DNA from: Centroscyllium fabricii
Lineage: Eukaryota
DNA length: 64,000 nucleotides
Assembly (NCBI GenBank): GCA_051313645.2
Contig: JBNRSN020000003.1
Span: 431,706,001-431,770,000, forward strand
Direction: 5' to 3'
In this document: positions 11,508 through 24,845 of the stretch, one piece after another
Position numbering within the stretch: position 1 is the stretch's first letter
How the letters are laid out: each line of letters opens with the position of its first letter
Translations under genes and position numbers: made by a program
The notes under the pieces: generated by a model
Databases searched by the model: none
The model's input: the letters and a program-made list of their open reading frames with translations, nothing else
Told to the model about the DNA's origin: nothing

Positions 11508-14500
11508 TTAACTATTAGCTATAGAATTAACTATTCTAACTTTTCCCATTGTAATTCTAGCTCTCACCACCTTGTCACAGCTGCCATCTTTCGTTCATTA
11601 TATTGCCCAGATATTTAAATTGTGTCTCCTGATCCAACTGTTCCCCGTTTATTAAAATGCTCACTTTCACCTGCATTCCTAGAAACCTTCATGACATTGG
11701 TCTTGCCCACATTGATTTACATTTCAGAATCCAGTGCTGCAGCATTCAGGCTTCTTGCCAACAACTACTTGCAACCAAGACTTTATCAGCAAGTCTGATG
11801 ACTTTCACTAGCTGAGCTCGAACTTTCACTCCTGGTGTAATCGAGGACAAATCTGATTTTCTTAACGGTGTGATGATCTAATCACTATTGGACAAACTGG
11901 TTGTTGGATATCTTAGATTTGCCATCCTTGCCATTGAAATTTGGTCATTTTAAGATTGACATTTGTTTCTTAGCCACCAGATTTTCCCACTGTCTGACAA
12001 GACATCTGTTTATCTAGTAAACTTTGCCCTAAAGATTCTCCAGCCTCAGTCATGGATCCCCAGCACAATAGTGTACAGAACAAGAAGGTACTGTCCTATA
12101 TGGTATGGTCAATATTCCATGTTAATAACACTGATGAACCAGGTGTAAAACTGCAAGACTCTAGACCAATAACCTCTTTATACTGTGTCTCCTTAAGTTA
12201 TGGGACCCTCAGCTGTACCCTCAAATTGGCAGTTTTAATCTAGGACCCTTGTTGATGTTTGACTGTCCCAACAGTGAGCATTCACATTGGTGAAAACTTC
12301 ACGTACCAGTAAATCACTTATGGTATTTACTGCTTGGTAACATCGTGAAATTATTTAAATCTTGTGTGCCCACACAATAAATTGAATGCAATGTTGCATA
12401 ATTGTGCCTCTAGGTTTGATTTACAAGATAAATCTTCCTTTCAAGTTAAAAGACCAATGGAAATGCACTATTTCCAGTCTAATATCCTGCATTGGATACT
12501 CCGCTGCCCTGGTGTGCTTCAGTTGTAAAATGGTGCATCAACTCAGATCTGACTTGGTTAGGAACATCCTTGAATTTAGATCCATGATTTTTGTTGAGCC
12601 CCATTTTCCTACTCTTTCTCCCAAACCCCCACCCATTTGAGGCAGCGTGCAGGGTTGTCATGGACCCATTGTTTTAGGGCTGTTGTCAGTGTTGCACTCT
12701 GATCAGAGCAGATCCTCCCAGTTTCTCCTTTTCCAATGAGATGGTGTACAAAGTGCTTCATTTCATAGCTTTGGAACTAATGAAGCTCTTATTGAGCAGA
12801 GTTCAAATGATTGCTGAGATAGAGGTTTCAATTCTGCTTCTCCACTCTGAATAACCAGGCAACAAACTCCATCTGCTTTCTTTTTAATTTCTTCAAATTA
12901 TCTTCTGTTCAGCCACGTAAAAAGTATTTCCTATGGAAATGTATCCAGAAATGGTATTGTAGTTTCCTGAATTAAAGGAACTGCAGACATCTGACTGTTT
13001 TAAGTTCTGTCACGTTGCATGAACATTTGGAGTTTTTTTCAGTATTAGTGCAGTGGTTAAAAATGTATAGTATTTCTGTTTTCACCCTTACTGGGCCTCC
13101 ATCATTGAGCAACCTCGAATAACAAGAATGTTCATGATCCAGATTGCTCTGTATCTTGAGTGAATTGTGCTAATGACCAGATATTTATTTATTAATTCTA
13201 GTGGCCCAGTGGGGAACTAACTCAATTCACCATCAGCCCTTAAACAATAGCCTGAAATTTACAATAAGACACTTTACCAGAGTGTTAAAAAATTGCCAAG
13301 TTTTTTTTCTTATCTGAACGTTAAGGGCTGTAAGAATTTTTGAGCGCAGAATGGTGTTAACTTGCTTGGAGGCAATTGTGTATTTTAAACTCCAGTTGAA
13401 TGGAATGTCTTTTCAGCAGACAGACTCGTGTTCTTAATAGGAATGAGCTTGCTGAGACTGATCATGGTTACCATAAAATTCAAACAACTATTGTTTTTAA
13501 AACATTGTCTAAGAAATCAGCATAATCAGTTGATTGTTTGACTTCTCAAGTGTCTGGGTTTTGGCCCAGTGGTTATCTGTTGATCACTTCTGTCTAAAGC
13601 TGAAATTTCACAACTGTCGTGCCTTTTAGAGAAGAGGCAAACTAATGTAGACCATCTTGCTCCTCTTGGCTTATGTGTTCATTGGCCAATTCTGGAGTAA
13701 CATTGGAGATGGCAATTGTCATTTTTATGCATTGTTCTCCTGGCAAGATTTAAAAAATGAGAACACAGAGTAAAATGAATGCAAATTGTTGAAGAAAGTA
13801 TGGCTGTATGAGGGGTGTAGAATACCTCTATTTTTAAATAGGATGCAACAGTAAGTTGGATCAGACCAAATAGGTATTACAGGTATTGGGCTTTCAATTT
13901 GGAAAATGTTCTACTAAAAAGCAAAATGCATGTTTTTAATCTGAAATTGTAACCATTTGAGTTTGTGCTGACTCACTGGAATTCTCAACAGCCTAGAAAC
14001 ATGTCCACTTAACTTTATTGTTACATATTTGAACCAATTTGAATAGTACTCTTATGTGCATTGAGTTTTCTTTGTTAGCTAAATATTATCTTTTCACATT
14101 CAATACAGCATCTTTTGTATATACTTCAACATTTTATATAAAAAGTAACCCCTGAAGAACCATTTCTTGATTTATTTTTTCTTTTAGTTTTGAATAATAT
14201 AAGTAATCAGAGTGAGAAATTTTCTAGAGTCTGATTGAGGAGATGGGTCTAAACTCAATCACATTTTGTTGTACTAATTGCTCAAAAGAATTTTAAAAAT
14301 TAGTGCTTTTACCCTGGATGCTTGAAGTTGTCAAAATGCCCTAACTTTTTTGAAGAAATTCTCCCAGAGCCACAGCCTAACACTGCCGACGCCGGCCTCA
14401 TCTTCGCTTGAGTATTACTTGTATATTATAAAATGTCATGTTCCTGCAACCATTTCAAATGTGTAACTTTTTTTAAAAATAAAGGCTAACATTCATGTTT

Positions 14501-15129
14501 ACAGTGCATGCAGCAGACTGCAGATTAAACAGACAATCAAATTCAGTGGGAACCTGGTGCCTCTTCATTTCACAGAAGTGCGGAGTTGTATCCTGGAAAA
14601 GAAAACCCCAGAATTGGAGGCCATTGCTGCTAGTTGTCACTTGGGTCAGGATGTGTAAGCATTTGGCTCAATTTTCTGCTGGCCTGTCGCCAAACTCGAC
14701 TCTACTTGTTACACCCTCCTTGTAATTTCTGCCAAAGTAGCATTATATACTACTTTTACAAAAGTTCTAGTCTGCTTCTGTATATTTAGAACAAAAATAT
14801 TCAGTAGTAACTAGTACCAGAGAATTGGATATGAGATATTTTTTTAATAAGGAGCAAAAGACACTCTGCATTTACTTAATTTGAATAATTAGAAAGGAAG
14901 TTAGATTTTATACAGTACTGAAATATTCTTATCTTGACGTTATAGGATTTAACAGGTAATTTGTTTTTTAAAATGTGCATTGCCAAATAGAGCAGTTTCA
15001 ACTTTATTTCTGGTGGCTGTGCACATCAACAAAATGCTTTTAAATCATTTCAGTAACAATTTCTGGAAATGTATAATACATTATAAAAACTTTGGGTGAA
15101 AAGTGTTTAGCTACTCAAGAAAAATGGTA

Positions 15130-16240
15130 ACTTATGAAACACCATGGAAGAAAAGAGAAAGACATGTACACACAGAGGAGAGATAGGAAAGTGGGGAAAA
15201 AACAATTAGAAAGGGGCACAATGAAATGAAATCAAAAAGTAAAGTATTCTACAGACATGTAAATATAACAAGAAAAATCCAGATAGAGGCACAAAGAGAC
15301 TTACAGGTAATGAGTGTGAAATGGCAGAAATATTAAATTATTTGCCCCCATATTTACTAGGGATATTTATTGCAATGCGGACATGACGAGACGAGAAGAT
15401 GATAGAAGGGGAGGGGGGAGAATACGTGTTAAACTAATCAAACTTGGTATGGTTAAATGCCTGGTCCAGATGGATCTACACATGTATTAAAAGTTAGAGA
15501 TTGTCGAGGTACTATTACACGGATATACTGGAAAAGGGAATATATAGTGTCAGAGGACTGGCAGACAGCATTCATCCTATATTTAAAAAGGCAGCAAGAA
15601 CAAGTCCAGGGAACTATATAGACCAGTTAGCTTAATGTTGGTAGAAAAGATAATAGAATTTTTTTTTCTGTTCGGTCGGCACGGTGGCATAGTGGTTAGC
15701 ACTGTTGCCTCACAGCGCTAGAGACCCGGGTTCAAATCCAGCCTCGGGTGACTATCTGTGGAGTTTGCACATTCTCCCCGTGTCACGCAAAGATGTGCGG
15801 GTTAGGTTGATTGGCTATGCTATATTGACCCTTAGTGTTAGGGGGATTGAATATGTGGGGTTACGGGGATATGGTGGGATATGTGTCAGTGCAGGCTCGA
15901 TGGGCCGAAATGGCCTCTATCTCTGCACTGTAGGGACTATGATATCTCTAAGAGCACAGTATAGGTTAGGGGGCACTGGAGAAAAGATTCACAAGGATGA
16001 CACCAGAACTGTGGATATACTTAAAGGCTGAACACGCTGTGGTGGATGGCTTAATAGGATAGAGGTAGAGATCCAAAGCTGGAGGCCATAAATCCAATAG
16101 GGAAGTTAGGAGGAACTTCTTTACGAATGTGGGATGGGATGCACTACTAAAAGTAGTTGTTGAGGTGAATAGTAGATGCATTTAAGGAGAAGCGAGATAA
16201 GCATGAGGGCGAGGGAATAGGATATACTCATAGGCTCATG
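15130..16240 (+). mobile_element. Old degraded CR1 interrupted by an HE1 SINE
   Basis: PGNYRPVSL-like segment at about 15605; 3' RNFF-like segment. Confidence 0.55.
15677..15942 (+). mobile_element. HE1-type V-SINE
   Basis: tRNA head ggcacggtggcatagtggttagcac...gggttcaaatcc and V-domain tggagtttgcacattctccccg. Confidence 0.8.
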
Positions 16241-16441
16241 TGAAGTATAAATAACAGTTCTGAACTAGTCACTTATGATAAAGACTAAAAATTCACATAT
16301 ATTCCACTTGTATTAGCGGAGCAAGCAATCACAAATCAAATATTTTACTCCCAACAGAGAAAAGTTATCGTCAAGGAAAATGGATATATATATGAAAAAT
16401 TAAAGTACTTTTTGGTAGACATGGCAACTATCTTCAAAACA

Positions 16442-16493
16442 TTTATTTGTTAACGATGCAATAAATGAACATGTTTATCCACAACATTTTATT
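16442..16493. terminator. Candidate poly(A)-signal cluster between the convergent genes
   Basis: TTTATT at 16442 and 16488 (AATAAA on -), and AATAAA at 16460 (+). Confidence 0.3.
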
Positions 16494-19400
16494 CAGGAAT
16501 ATTTAACAAGAATTCACACATTAGTATAAAGTGAAAAACTTTAAACTGTAATGAAAAAGACTTGTAAAAAAATACTAAATTATCTCAATTTCTATTCTGA
16601 CAGAAAAAAAACATGGCCAGGAGGACTTGCCCCCAGTATACAAATCATACACGCTAAACATCCTTAACTATGGTAGCTGTGAAACCGAGGCACTTGGGTA
16701 TTTACAGGTAACCGGACCGAGCTGAGTACACAGGAACAAAGTGTTTCCACTCTTCAATATCAGCCACACAAAAACAAAATTCTGGAATAAGGGCATTACT
16801 TAGGTTTTTAAAATATTTACAAACTGGAAGAATTATGTGCAGTTATCCAAAGGTCTGTGGGTACTCTGCTCTCCAGTAAGTGACAAACAGCATGACTTTT
16901 GAGAAAAGTCCATGAACATGGTCAATAAATTAGTCTTTTAATTAAGTTCAATTCAAACCTAAGCCACCAGTTCAGACCAACATTCTCTATTGATGATAAT
17001 TAGGAGTTGTCATTTTAAATTATACAGCAGTATTTTTGGTATTGTTCCAAACTTTACATTTCTTAATAGGAGTCATAATACCTGCATAAAAGTGAAAATA
17101 TCACTGTAAAATCATTGAAGACAAAATTCTCTGTTTAAATAGGACAAGAATAACAAAGAATGTAACAATACTTTTCACCCTGAAAGGGTCAAATCAAATC
17201 TGGATAGTTGCTGAAACTGTCTACTGCTCTTTACTTGATTAATTGCCTTAACTTTCAAACCTTTGAAGACTATTAACATTTCCATACAGTAATTGGGATT
17301 TTCCATCCTCCCCATATTGTAAAATTAAAACACATGCATGTTTATCAGGAATGTACTTCATAACAAAAAAAAGCAAATTTTTACCCAACAGTAGCTCAGT
17401 TGAAATGTGCTTATGGAATTTTCCTCAAATTATATTCCAAAGTGTTTCTCTTGGGAGGTCCTTCAATCCTCACATGAAATGGCAGCTATTTGCACGCATC
17501 CCTACAATTAAAACTTTACACGACTGGACTCTTTAGTGACACAAACTTTAATCCCAGTCGCAATTGGGGCAGGGAGGAGCGCGCATACAATTAAAGTACA
17601 ATATTAATAGAGGTTCGCCGAAAGTTACTATTAAACATTTCCAAGCCGAGAACGCAGTGTGAAGATGGTGGAGGCAGAAAAGTAAGGAAGTATTTTTTTT
17701 TGAAATGCAAACAGTTTCTCCATGTAACCCATAGATTTCTGCCTGCAAGTTATTTTTCCCAGCCTTGGACAATGAATGGGAAAACAGCATAAGCTCTAGC
17801 ATTTACCAGAGAGGGATGAATTTGTTGTTATCATCTCGCGAGCACCAGTCCCGCTCAACATCCCACATGCAATTTATTAACCAAAACTTTGTAGCAGTAG
17901 AAAAAATTTAAGTGCCAACAATGAACTTACATCAGGTGGTGCACCAAACCTATCATTGATTTCAACTAGGTATTCAAGTACTGTGTGTGTGCACATTAAT
18001 AAAATTAGGCCGTAAGTTTACTTTCCTCAGGAAAAGTCCAGTAATTAAATCTGAATGGAAACCAACAGCTGATCACCGACCGTGACATTTGAAATGTAGT
18101 GGAGTAACTGTTTCAGTTTACAGCAGTTGAATGAGTTCTATCGATGATCTGTGCCCAGCCCTGTCGATGTGCTGATTTGTTAAGACCTCAAATCAGGAGC
18201 CACATCACAAGATTCAGTTTATTCCAAAGCTTTTTAAAAAGCTTTAAAAAACTTTAACTATCACAAAGAAAAAAAGCAGATGTACAATGGTTTGGAATAT
18301 AAAGTAGTCCCAACAATAGGTTACAAATGACTGGCAGCTGCTGACTATTAACAACGATCATAGGACAGTTACAGTGACGGAAGACGTCAAACTCCTTTTT
18401 ATGACAGGATACCAAAATTTTCACTTTATTTTGCATTGCTTGTTCCTAATTAGACTCACTGCTTTAGTGGCTGAAAAAGTCAGATTCTGTCTATTACCTG
18501 GGATCACAGGATTTTCTGCTACTACTTTGGGGATCATATTCTATGATTCTGTTCTATTTTTCTGTGAACTCACCACTACACTATATCCATTAATGACAAT
18601 GAGATGTCAGAAGATTTGGTGAAACTGGAAGCTGAGGCTGAACACTGAATTGTAATATTGTTAACATATAGCCCACATTGAGGTGTCAGTTAAGGTTTTT
18701 AAACAGTATATATTTTCCTCAGTGAAGAAGTAATCACCAGTATCTGTGGTCCACACTTTACAATTGAGTCAAGAGAGGAAAATATTGCTTCTGACCTCGC
18801 CTCAGACACGAGCCTATGACCGAACAGCCACACGGCCATCTCAAATTAAAATGAGGACACCAATGCTAGTCAATAAAAAAAATTTCTGCAAGGACTTTTT
18901 AAAACTCACGCACCAGCCTTTTAATTTCTTCTGATGAGGACTAGAATATTTTACTCATTTGAACCTTGGATTCTTACTACTTAAATGTCTACTATTGCTT
19001 TAGACAAACATGCTTCAATAGCCCTCCTGTAGTTGCTTTTGTTATTATTTCTGTGTTCAGAGTTGCTCCTCTAGTCAGTCTAAAAATGCCCAGTAATGAT
19101 GACCAGTAGCTACACATGGGCGAAGCAGCTACAAATACACATCCAAGATTCTTTGGTACGTTCTGCAAGAAATGCCCATCATCAAAGGATGAAATATGTG
19201 GTATATAAAATAATAAATAGCTGTAAAAAGATTATAAACTGTCACCCGCACTCCGAACGAATCTGGAATGCAGTTTCCTGACAGCAGAGATGCTCGGAAC
19301 TCAAATCCAACTAAAGAGGGCTTTGTTTCCATGGCAACTTTCACTGGTAAACATTCAGCATGAAGAACATACTTTAAATTTTTAATAAAACAGGACTTAA

Positions 19401-19865
19401 TGATTTATAAAAATGTTACAGTGGCACACGGAGCATCATACTCTTCAGAATGCCTTTTTCTTGACTCCCTCCTATTCATTAACACTTTAGTTCTACAATA
19501 GAAAGTCTCAAAAGGACTTCTCAACACAGAGGCCGCTCTCTACTGTCATAAAATTAATGGATGCTACTGTACTATTCTTCAATTGTTTAGGAACAGCTGC
19601 TATTTATTCTAATAAGCTGCCATGATTATATTTTTCAACTTTGAGAGACAAGAGTAGCATACTTCAAAACTGTTACCCAAAAAGATGTGTTTTCAATAAT
19701 AGCTTCAATTAAAGTTGCCAACTGATCCACCCACCATCCTATTTTGATGTTCATATTACCGTTGGTCAGTAAAAAGTGGACTGACACTGAAAATTGTTGC
19801 AAACAAAGTTATATATAGTCCAGAGCTGGAAAGCATTAAAGTTTTTAACATTATCGTTGTTCTTT

Positions 19866-20045
19866 TTATCTCTGGATCTGCCGAACAAAGGCCTGGACCA
19901 GCTGGATTAAGGGTTCCTGACCGTCAGGACACAACTTGGATACGGAGCAGGTGGATTTGCTCTGAGGCGACAGCAGCAAGGATGCAGCAGGGGAACATGG
20001 TGCTCCGCGACGGGAATAGCGGGAAATACTAGACAGAACTGTGCT
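19866..20045 (-). CDS. NUP188: NUP188 last coding exon to TAA stop
   Basis: STVLSSISRYSRRGAPCSPAASLLLSPQSKSTCSVSKLCPDGQEPLIQLVQAFVRQIQR*; AG acceptor; matches the NUP188 C-terminus. Confidence 0.95.
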   Translation of the reverse strand, partial: STVLSSISRYSRRGAPCSPAASLLLSPQSKSTCSVSKLCPDGQEPLIQLVQAFVRQIQR

Positions 20046-21344
20046 CTGAAACAGTGAAAACCACAGTAAATACATGACATGAAATATTTGAAAAAAGATT
20101 TAATGAATCTTAAGTCGTATGATCTACACTTTCTACTGCAGGGCTGCTCATTTCTTTTAAATTTTCTACTTTGAAACATTAAGCTCTATCGAATAAACAA
20201 ACAAGGTACTTACTGGCTCATTTCACATTTGTAGTTGTGCTTCATTAATGGTGCAGTATCACAGATTATGTCCTTACTCCAAGATTACTTGAAGTTTGAC
20301 CATAAAATACTATTTCTAAGCTCCTGTGCCCTGCATTATTCTATGGCTCCTTTTTGGTAAAAAGCTTTAAAAGTCACATCCATATGTTTCAAGGGTGCAA
20401 AAGCACATATAAAGGACTTAATTGTACTCCAGAGTTTACAATACATTTGGAAGATACTTATCCAAACCAGCTGGACGTACAAAGTTCTATAGACCAGTTT
20501 CCATACTGAATAAAACCGATCAATACAGCACAACAGTAGAATTCACAGTGATCAGGTACATGAATTATTCACCTCGCTGGTCTGGTCGGGATAATGACAT
20601 CCCAAGTGCTTTAGTGTCCTCTATAGCACAAAGAGGTTACTGCAGCCTATAGTCTCTCATTTGCATCGGTCAGCATGACTTTTATCCTATATTTTCCACA
20701 TATTGTGATAAAATAAAGCAAGTAGCCGACCAGACACCAGAGAAATTTTCAACCCATAGTTTGGATAATCGCAGCTCTGACGCAAGGATATGGCGAGAAC
20801 GTTCCAATGCGCTCCAACAACATTATGCAGTCTGGGATCCAAGCAAAACTTTTTTTTGCAAACTGACTGCTATAGGATTAAAAGAACTTTGGAATTTAAA
20901 AGAACATGACAGTAGAGGGGAGAAAAATGATGCAGTGAACAAGGACAAGAATTGGAGACAAACATAAAGGCTCAGGAATAAAAAACAGGCACAAAAAGGA
21001 AATTCTACAAATGGAGAGTAACAAAAGAAAATAAATAGAACAGGGTGTTGGAACAATACAAGAAGCAACCTTCAATTCTGTACTGCACAGTATATTTTCC
21101 TCCTTTGAAATTTTGTTAATGCTGGCAAAAAGTCAAGAGAATATAATGTTTTATACTTACACCCAACATTAGTTAATATAAGAAATTATACCAAAATGGG
21201 GACGTTCTGTTCACTATAGTGAAATTGTAAACGTGTGAATTTTTAATTTTTTTTTACAATTTTCCCCAATATTCTGGATCACTGATGTTAGACAATTTGT
21301 GAAGTTATTTTCCAATAAACGCCAACTCTTCGCAGGAAATGTTC

Positions 21345-21650
21345 AACACAGAAACACAGAAGATAATTGTAGGCTGATCATCCAAACCCAGCACCCCCCT
21401 CCTACCCTCTCCCCATATCCCCCGACATCCCCGACTCTAAGAACTATATCTCACACACATACTCATGGGCAATCTTTAGTATCTCCAATTCACCTAACCT
21501 GCATGTCTTTGGGTGGTGGGAGGAAACCCACATGAACACGGGGAGAACATGCAAACTCCACGCAGAGATGTCCTGGGCCAAGCAGGGTTCAAACCCAGGA
21601 GCTCCTTATTGCGAGGCAGCAGTGCTAACCACTGCGCCACCATGTCATCC
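21345..21650 (-). mobile_element. V-SINE, second subfamily
   Basis: head ggtggcgcagtggttagcactgctgcctcgcaataaggagctcctggg; V-domain; matches the 57193 copy. Confidence 0.78.
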
Positions 21651-21789
21651 GTAGTGAGGAAACTACCAACAGTTAAATATTAAAGCAAGTCACATTCTGT
21701 GGATGGTGCCTAATTGATACACCGTATAGCCTATAATTAATAAACAGTTTCTTAAGTGCAGTGGTTTGTATGTAAAACTGAGAAGTTAC

Positions 21790-21919
21790 CAGCTCTGAAC
21801 TCAGCTCCTGCTTCATCCTCTGCTTGTCACGTGAGTGAACAGATGGGTCCTTCAGATACCGGACCGCTTGTGAAATCAACACGTAGAAACAGTTCTCCAT
21901 CGTGAACATCAGGAGGGAC
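21790..21919 (-). CDS. NUP188: NUP188 exon
   Basis: SLLMFTMENCFYVLISQAVRYLKDPSVHSRDKQRMKQELSSEL; AG/GT ends, 130 nt. Confidence 0.95.
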
Positions 21920-22179
21920 CTTCAACACAACACCGGCCTTATTAGGGACAGGAGAAATGAAACTTACATTTATTTAGACTAACTTTAAACTCAAAATTCA
22001 ACCTCTGAAATTTTTGTTTGCTAATGGATCTCAACATTGCTCATAGCAAGTCAGAAGAAATTTGGTAGAAATTTGTAAAAGATGTGATCAGACACTGAAG
22101 TAAGTAGACTGCAAGAGTTGTTTGTTATTTTCTTGGGAAATTTGAACTGACCCCAAAAAGTATGGATATGTATCGAAAA

Positions 22180-22601
22180 GAACTTGCATTTATATAACGC
22201 CTCTCACAACTTCATGCTTCACAGCCCTAATTAAGTACTTTTGACGTTTAGTCACTGTTGTAATGTAGGGAAGCGTGGTAGCCAATTTGCACACCATGGA
22301 GACAAATGACCAGTTAATCTCTTCTGAATGATGTTGATTCGAGGATAAGTGATGGCCAGGATTGGGAGAACTTCCCGGCTCTTGTTCAAATAGTACCATC
22401 AATCTTTTACCAGAGAGGACAGACAGAGCTTCAGTTTAAAGTCTCATCTGAAAGACGACACCTCAGACCGTGCAACGCCCTCCTCGGTACGACACGGACG
22501 CATCAGCCTAGATTATGTGTTCAATTCTCTAGAGTGGGGCTTCAACCCTCAACCTTCTGACTCAAAGGCGAAAGAGTCCGTCACTGAGCCAAGGCTGACA
22601 C
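22180..22601 (-). mobile_element. SacSINE1-like DeuSINE
   Basis: reverse complement of the 50521 pattern. Confidence 0.72.
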
Positions 22602-23489
22602 ATTCATAAAAACCTTCAAAGTTACGAATACTTTTGACACAGTTTGGATGGTGGGCTGATTTTTTAATAAATATGAGTTAAAAACCCTACAAGTACAGGC
22701 TATTACAGTTTAAGTAAATTACTGATACTTCAATTTTGAGCAAATACAAACCTTGTAGTAAACCAAAGAACAGCTGGTGTAGATTAAATTACCCCCCTGA
22801 TCATAAAATTCTGGCTCTTTGACAAGTATTTTAAGCTATACCACACGTGTAGTCTGGGAACTGCAGAGAGTTGTTTTTTTACAAATCTCCAGACTCATAT
22901 CATGGAAACAAGTTTATCTAATGATTATATTTTACTCATGGTATAAATGACAAAGACTTTAATCAGTTAGGAGCTACGATAAAAGTCTCTCCAGTTGCAA
23001 CATGGAATATAATTGACTCACAACTTTGTCAATTACAGATTATGCAGTTAGCCTCACATAGCAAAATATTTACCATCTCTAGTTCCTGGCCACAACAGAC
23101 GCTTTACATCTTTAGGTATTTTAGGTATTTGTTTCTCTTGGGCGTAGAATGTGCTGATTTCCCCCCCCAACCCGGCATGTTTATAAAAAGGAACCCACAT
23201 ATACTCTCAGAACAAAAGGCCGACCCCACACTAGAAGGCAGGATGCGGTGAGGAGACGTGCATACACTTGGGAATGGGCCTTAACCACCGGACCTGTGTC
23301 AGATAGAATCAGTGGATAACCACATTGTTTACTATAGTTCATGACACATAAAATTGGAACCATTCACACATTAGTATCCCTTGTGACATGTTAACCTGAA
23401 AAATATAAGCTCCAATTGGTGCTAAATAAAAAGGAGCCATCTGAGCATCTAAAATAGTTCACACTTAAGGTTATCCAAATAAATTGCTG

Positions 23490-23870
23490 GGTACTGTAGT
23501 GCAGTGTATGGTTATGAGAATGGACTAGCAACTCAGAAGTCAAGAGTTCAAATCCCACAGTGCGAGATGTGAAACTAAATTCAATCAATCTTGCAAATCA
23601 TGGTTGGCACCAGAATAAATGACCACGAACGCCGGATTGTTGTAGAAACTCCAACTAGTTCCCGAATGTTCTCTCGGGAAGGGAAACTGCCACCCCTATT
23701 CAGTCTGGCCTACATGCGACTCTAAACTGCACTATGCAGTTGACTTTTAATGACATCTGAAGTAGCCTAGCAAGCCCCTCAGTTGTACACAACTAGGGAG
23801 ATGCAGTTCCCAGCGGTAGGAGCAGCTTTGCCAGAATCGCCCACAGCCAAAGAACAAATTTTAAAAAATT
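23490..23870 (+). mobile_element. Older copy of the same tRNA-SINE family
   Basis: gagttcaaatcccac...gggaagggaaactgcc...gtctggcctacatgcgactc...cctagcaagcccctcagttg. Confidence 0.6.
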
Positions 23871-24072
23871 GTTTTAAAAGATGCAGGCCAACAGTTTACA
23901 AGATATACAACCATCTTAAATACGTGTATTTCAGTCAGTGGTCAAATCACTGGGTTACAGTAACAACGTTTCTGAAATTACCAGGAAAGGATGAACCTTG
24001 TGTCACTACAGAGCCTGGAGATGTGGATTTTCTTCTACAGTGCTCGATCGCAAGAGCTTGTGGGGACATAAG

Positions 24073-24296
24073 AACATAAGAAATAGGAGCAGGAGTAGGC
24101 CAATCGGCCCTCGAGTCTGCTCCGCCATTCAACAAGATCATGGCTGATCTGATCCTAACCTCAATTTTATTCTTACTCCCCATCCCGCCCAAACCCATGT
24201 GATCACCCGGGAGAGGCGAAAAACCAGATAAAAACCCAGTGGCCAATTTGGGAGAAAAAATCTGGGAAATTCCTCTCCGACCCATCTAGGCATCTA
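24073..24296 (-). mobile_element. Short retroposon with a CR1 3' tail
   Basis: 11-bp TSD GGGGACATAAG (24062-24072 and 24297-24307). Confidence 0.72.
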
Positions 24297-24845
24297 GGGG
24301 ACATAAGCATTTCTCTCATACTTGGGCCCCAGGAAGGGGCTTCAGCTTCCTACCCAGGAAGACTTTGAGCTGCAGATTTCCTGTGGCAGCTGCTCAAAAT
24401 GCGTGTGTATCACGTGGGCAAGTCTCTCTTTTGCTGCACATTTAAAAAGCAGTCTTAGAGGGCTGCAGGCAGCTTTGAGAAGTGAAAAAAACACGTTTAA
24501 AGCTAAGTTTTTTTTTGATTCCTTTGCAGATATTTGTCTGTGGTCTTTCAGCTTGTAAATGGGTAGGGTTATTTATTTTTTGGTGAAAGTGGAAAAAAAA
24601 CGGGATTTGAACACGATGTCAGCAGCTCTGATGGCCATCACACCTGAGGATAAAGAATATCTGGTGCTCGCACCAGCGGCAAACGGGCCACAGGAAAACA
24701 TGGCCCAATATAGAGATGAATAACATAGGTGCAAAACAGATTGGTTCTTCCAATGTTTCAGAAGCTATTTGATGTGAAATCTGTGCAAGCTAATTTAGCA
24801 TCGCAAGGAAGGAGGAGTATGTACAGCTGGACTGTGTTCAAGATG

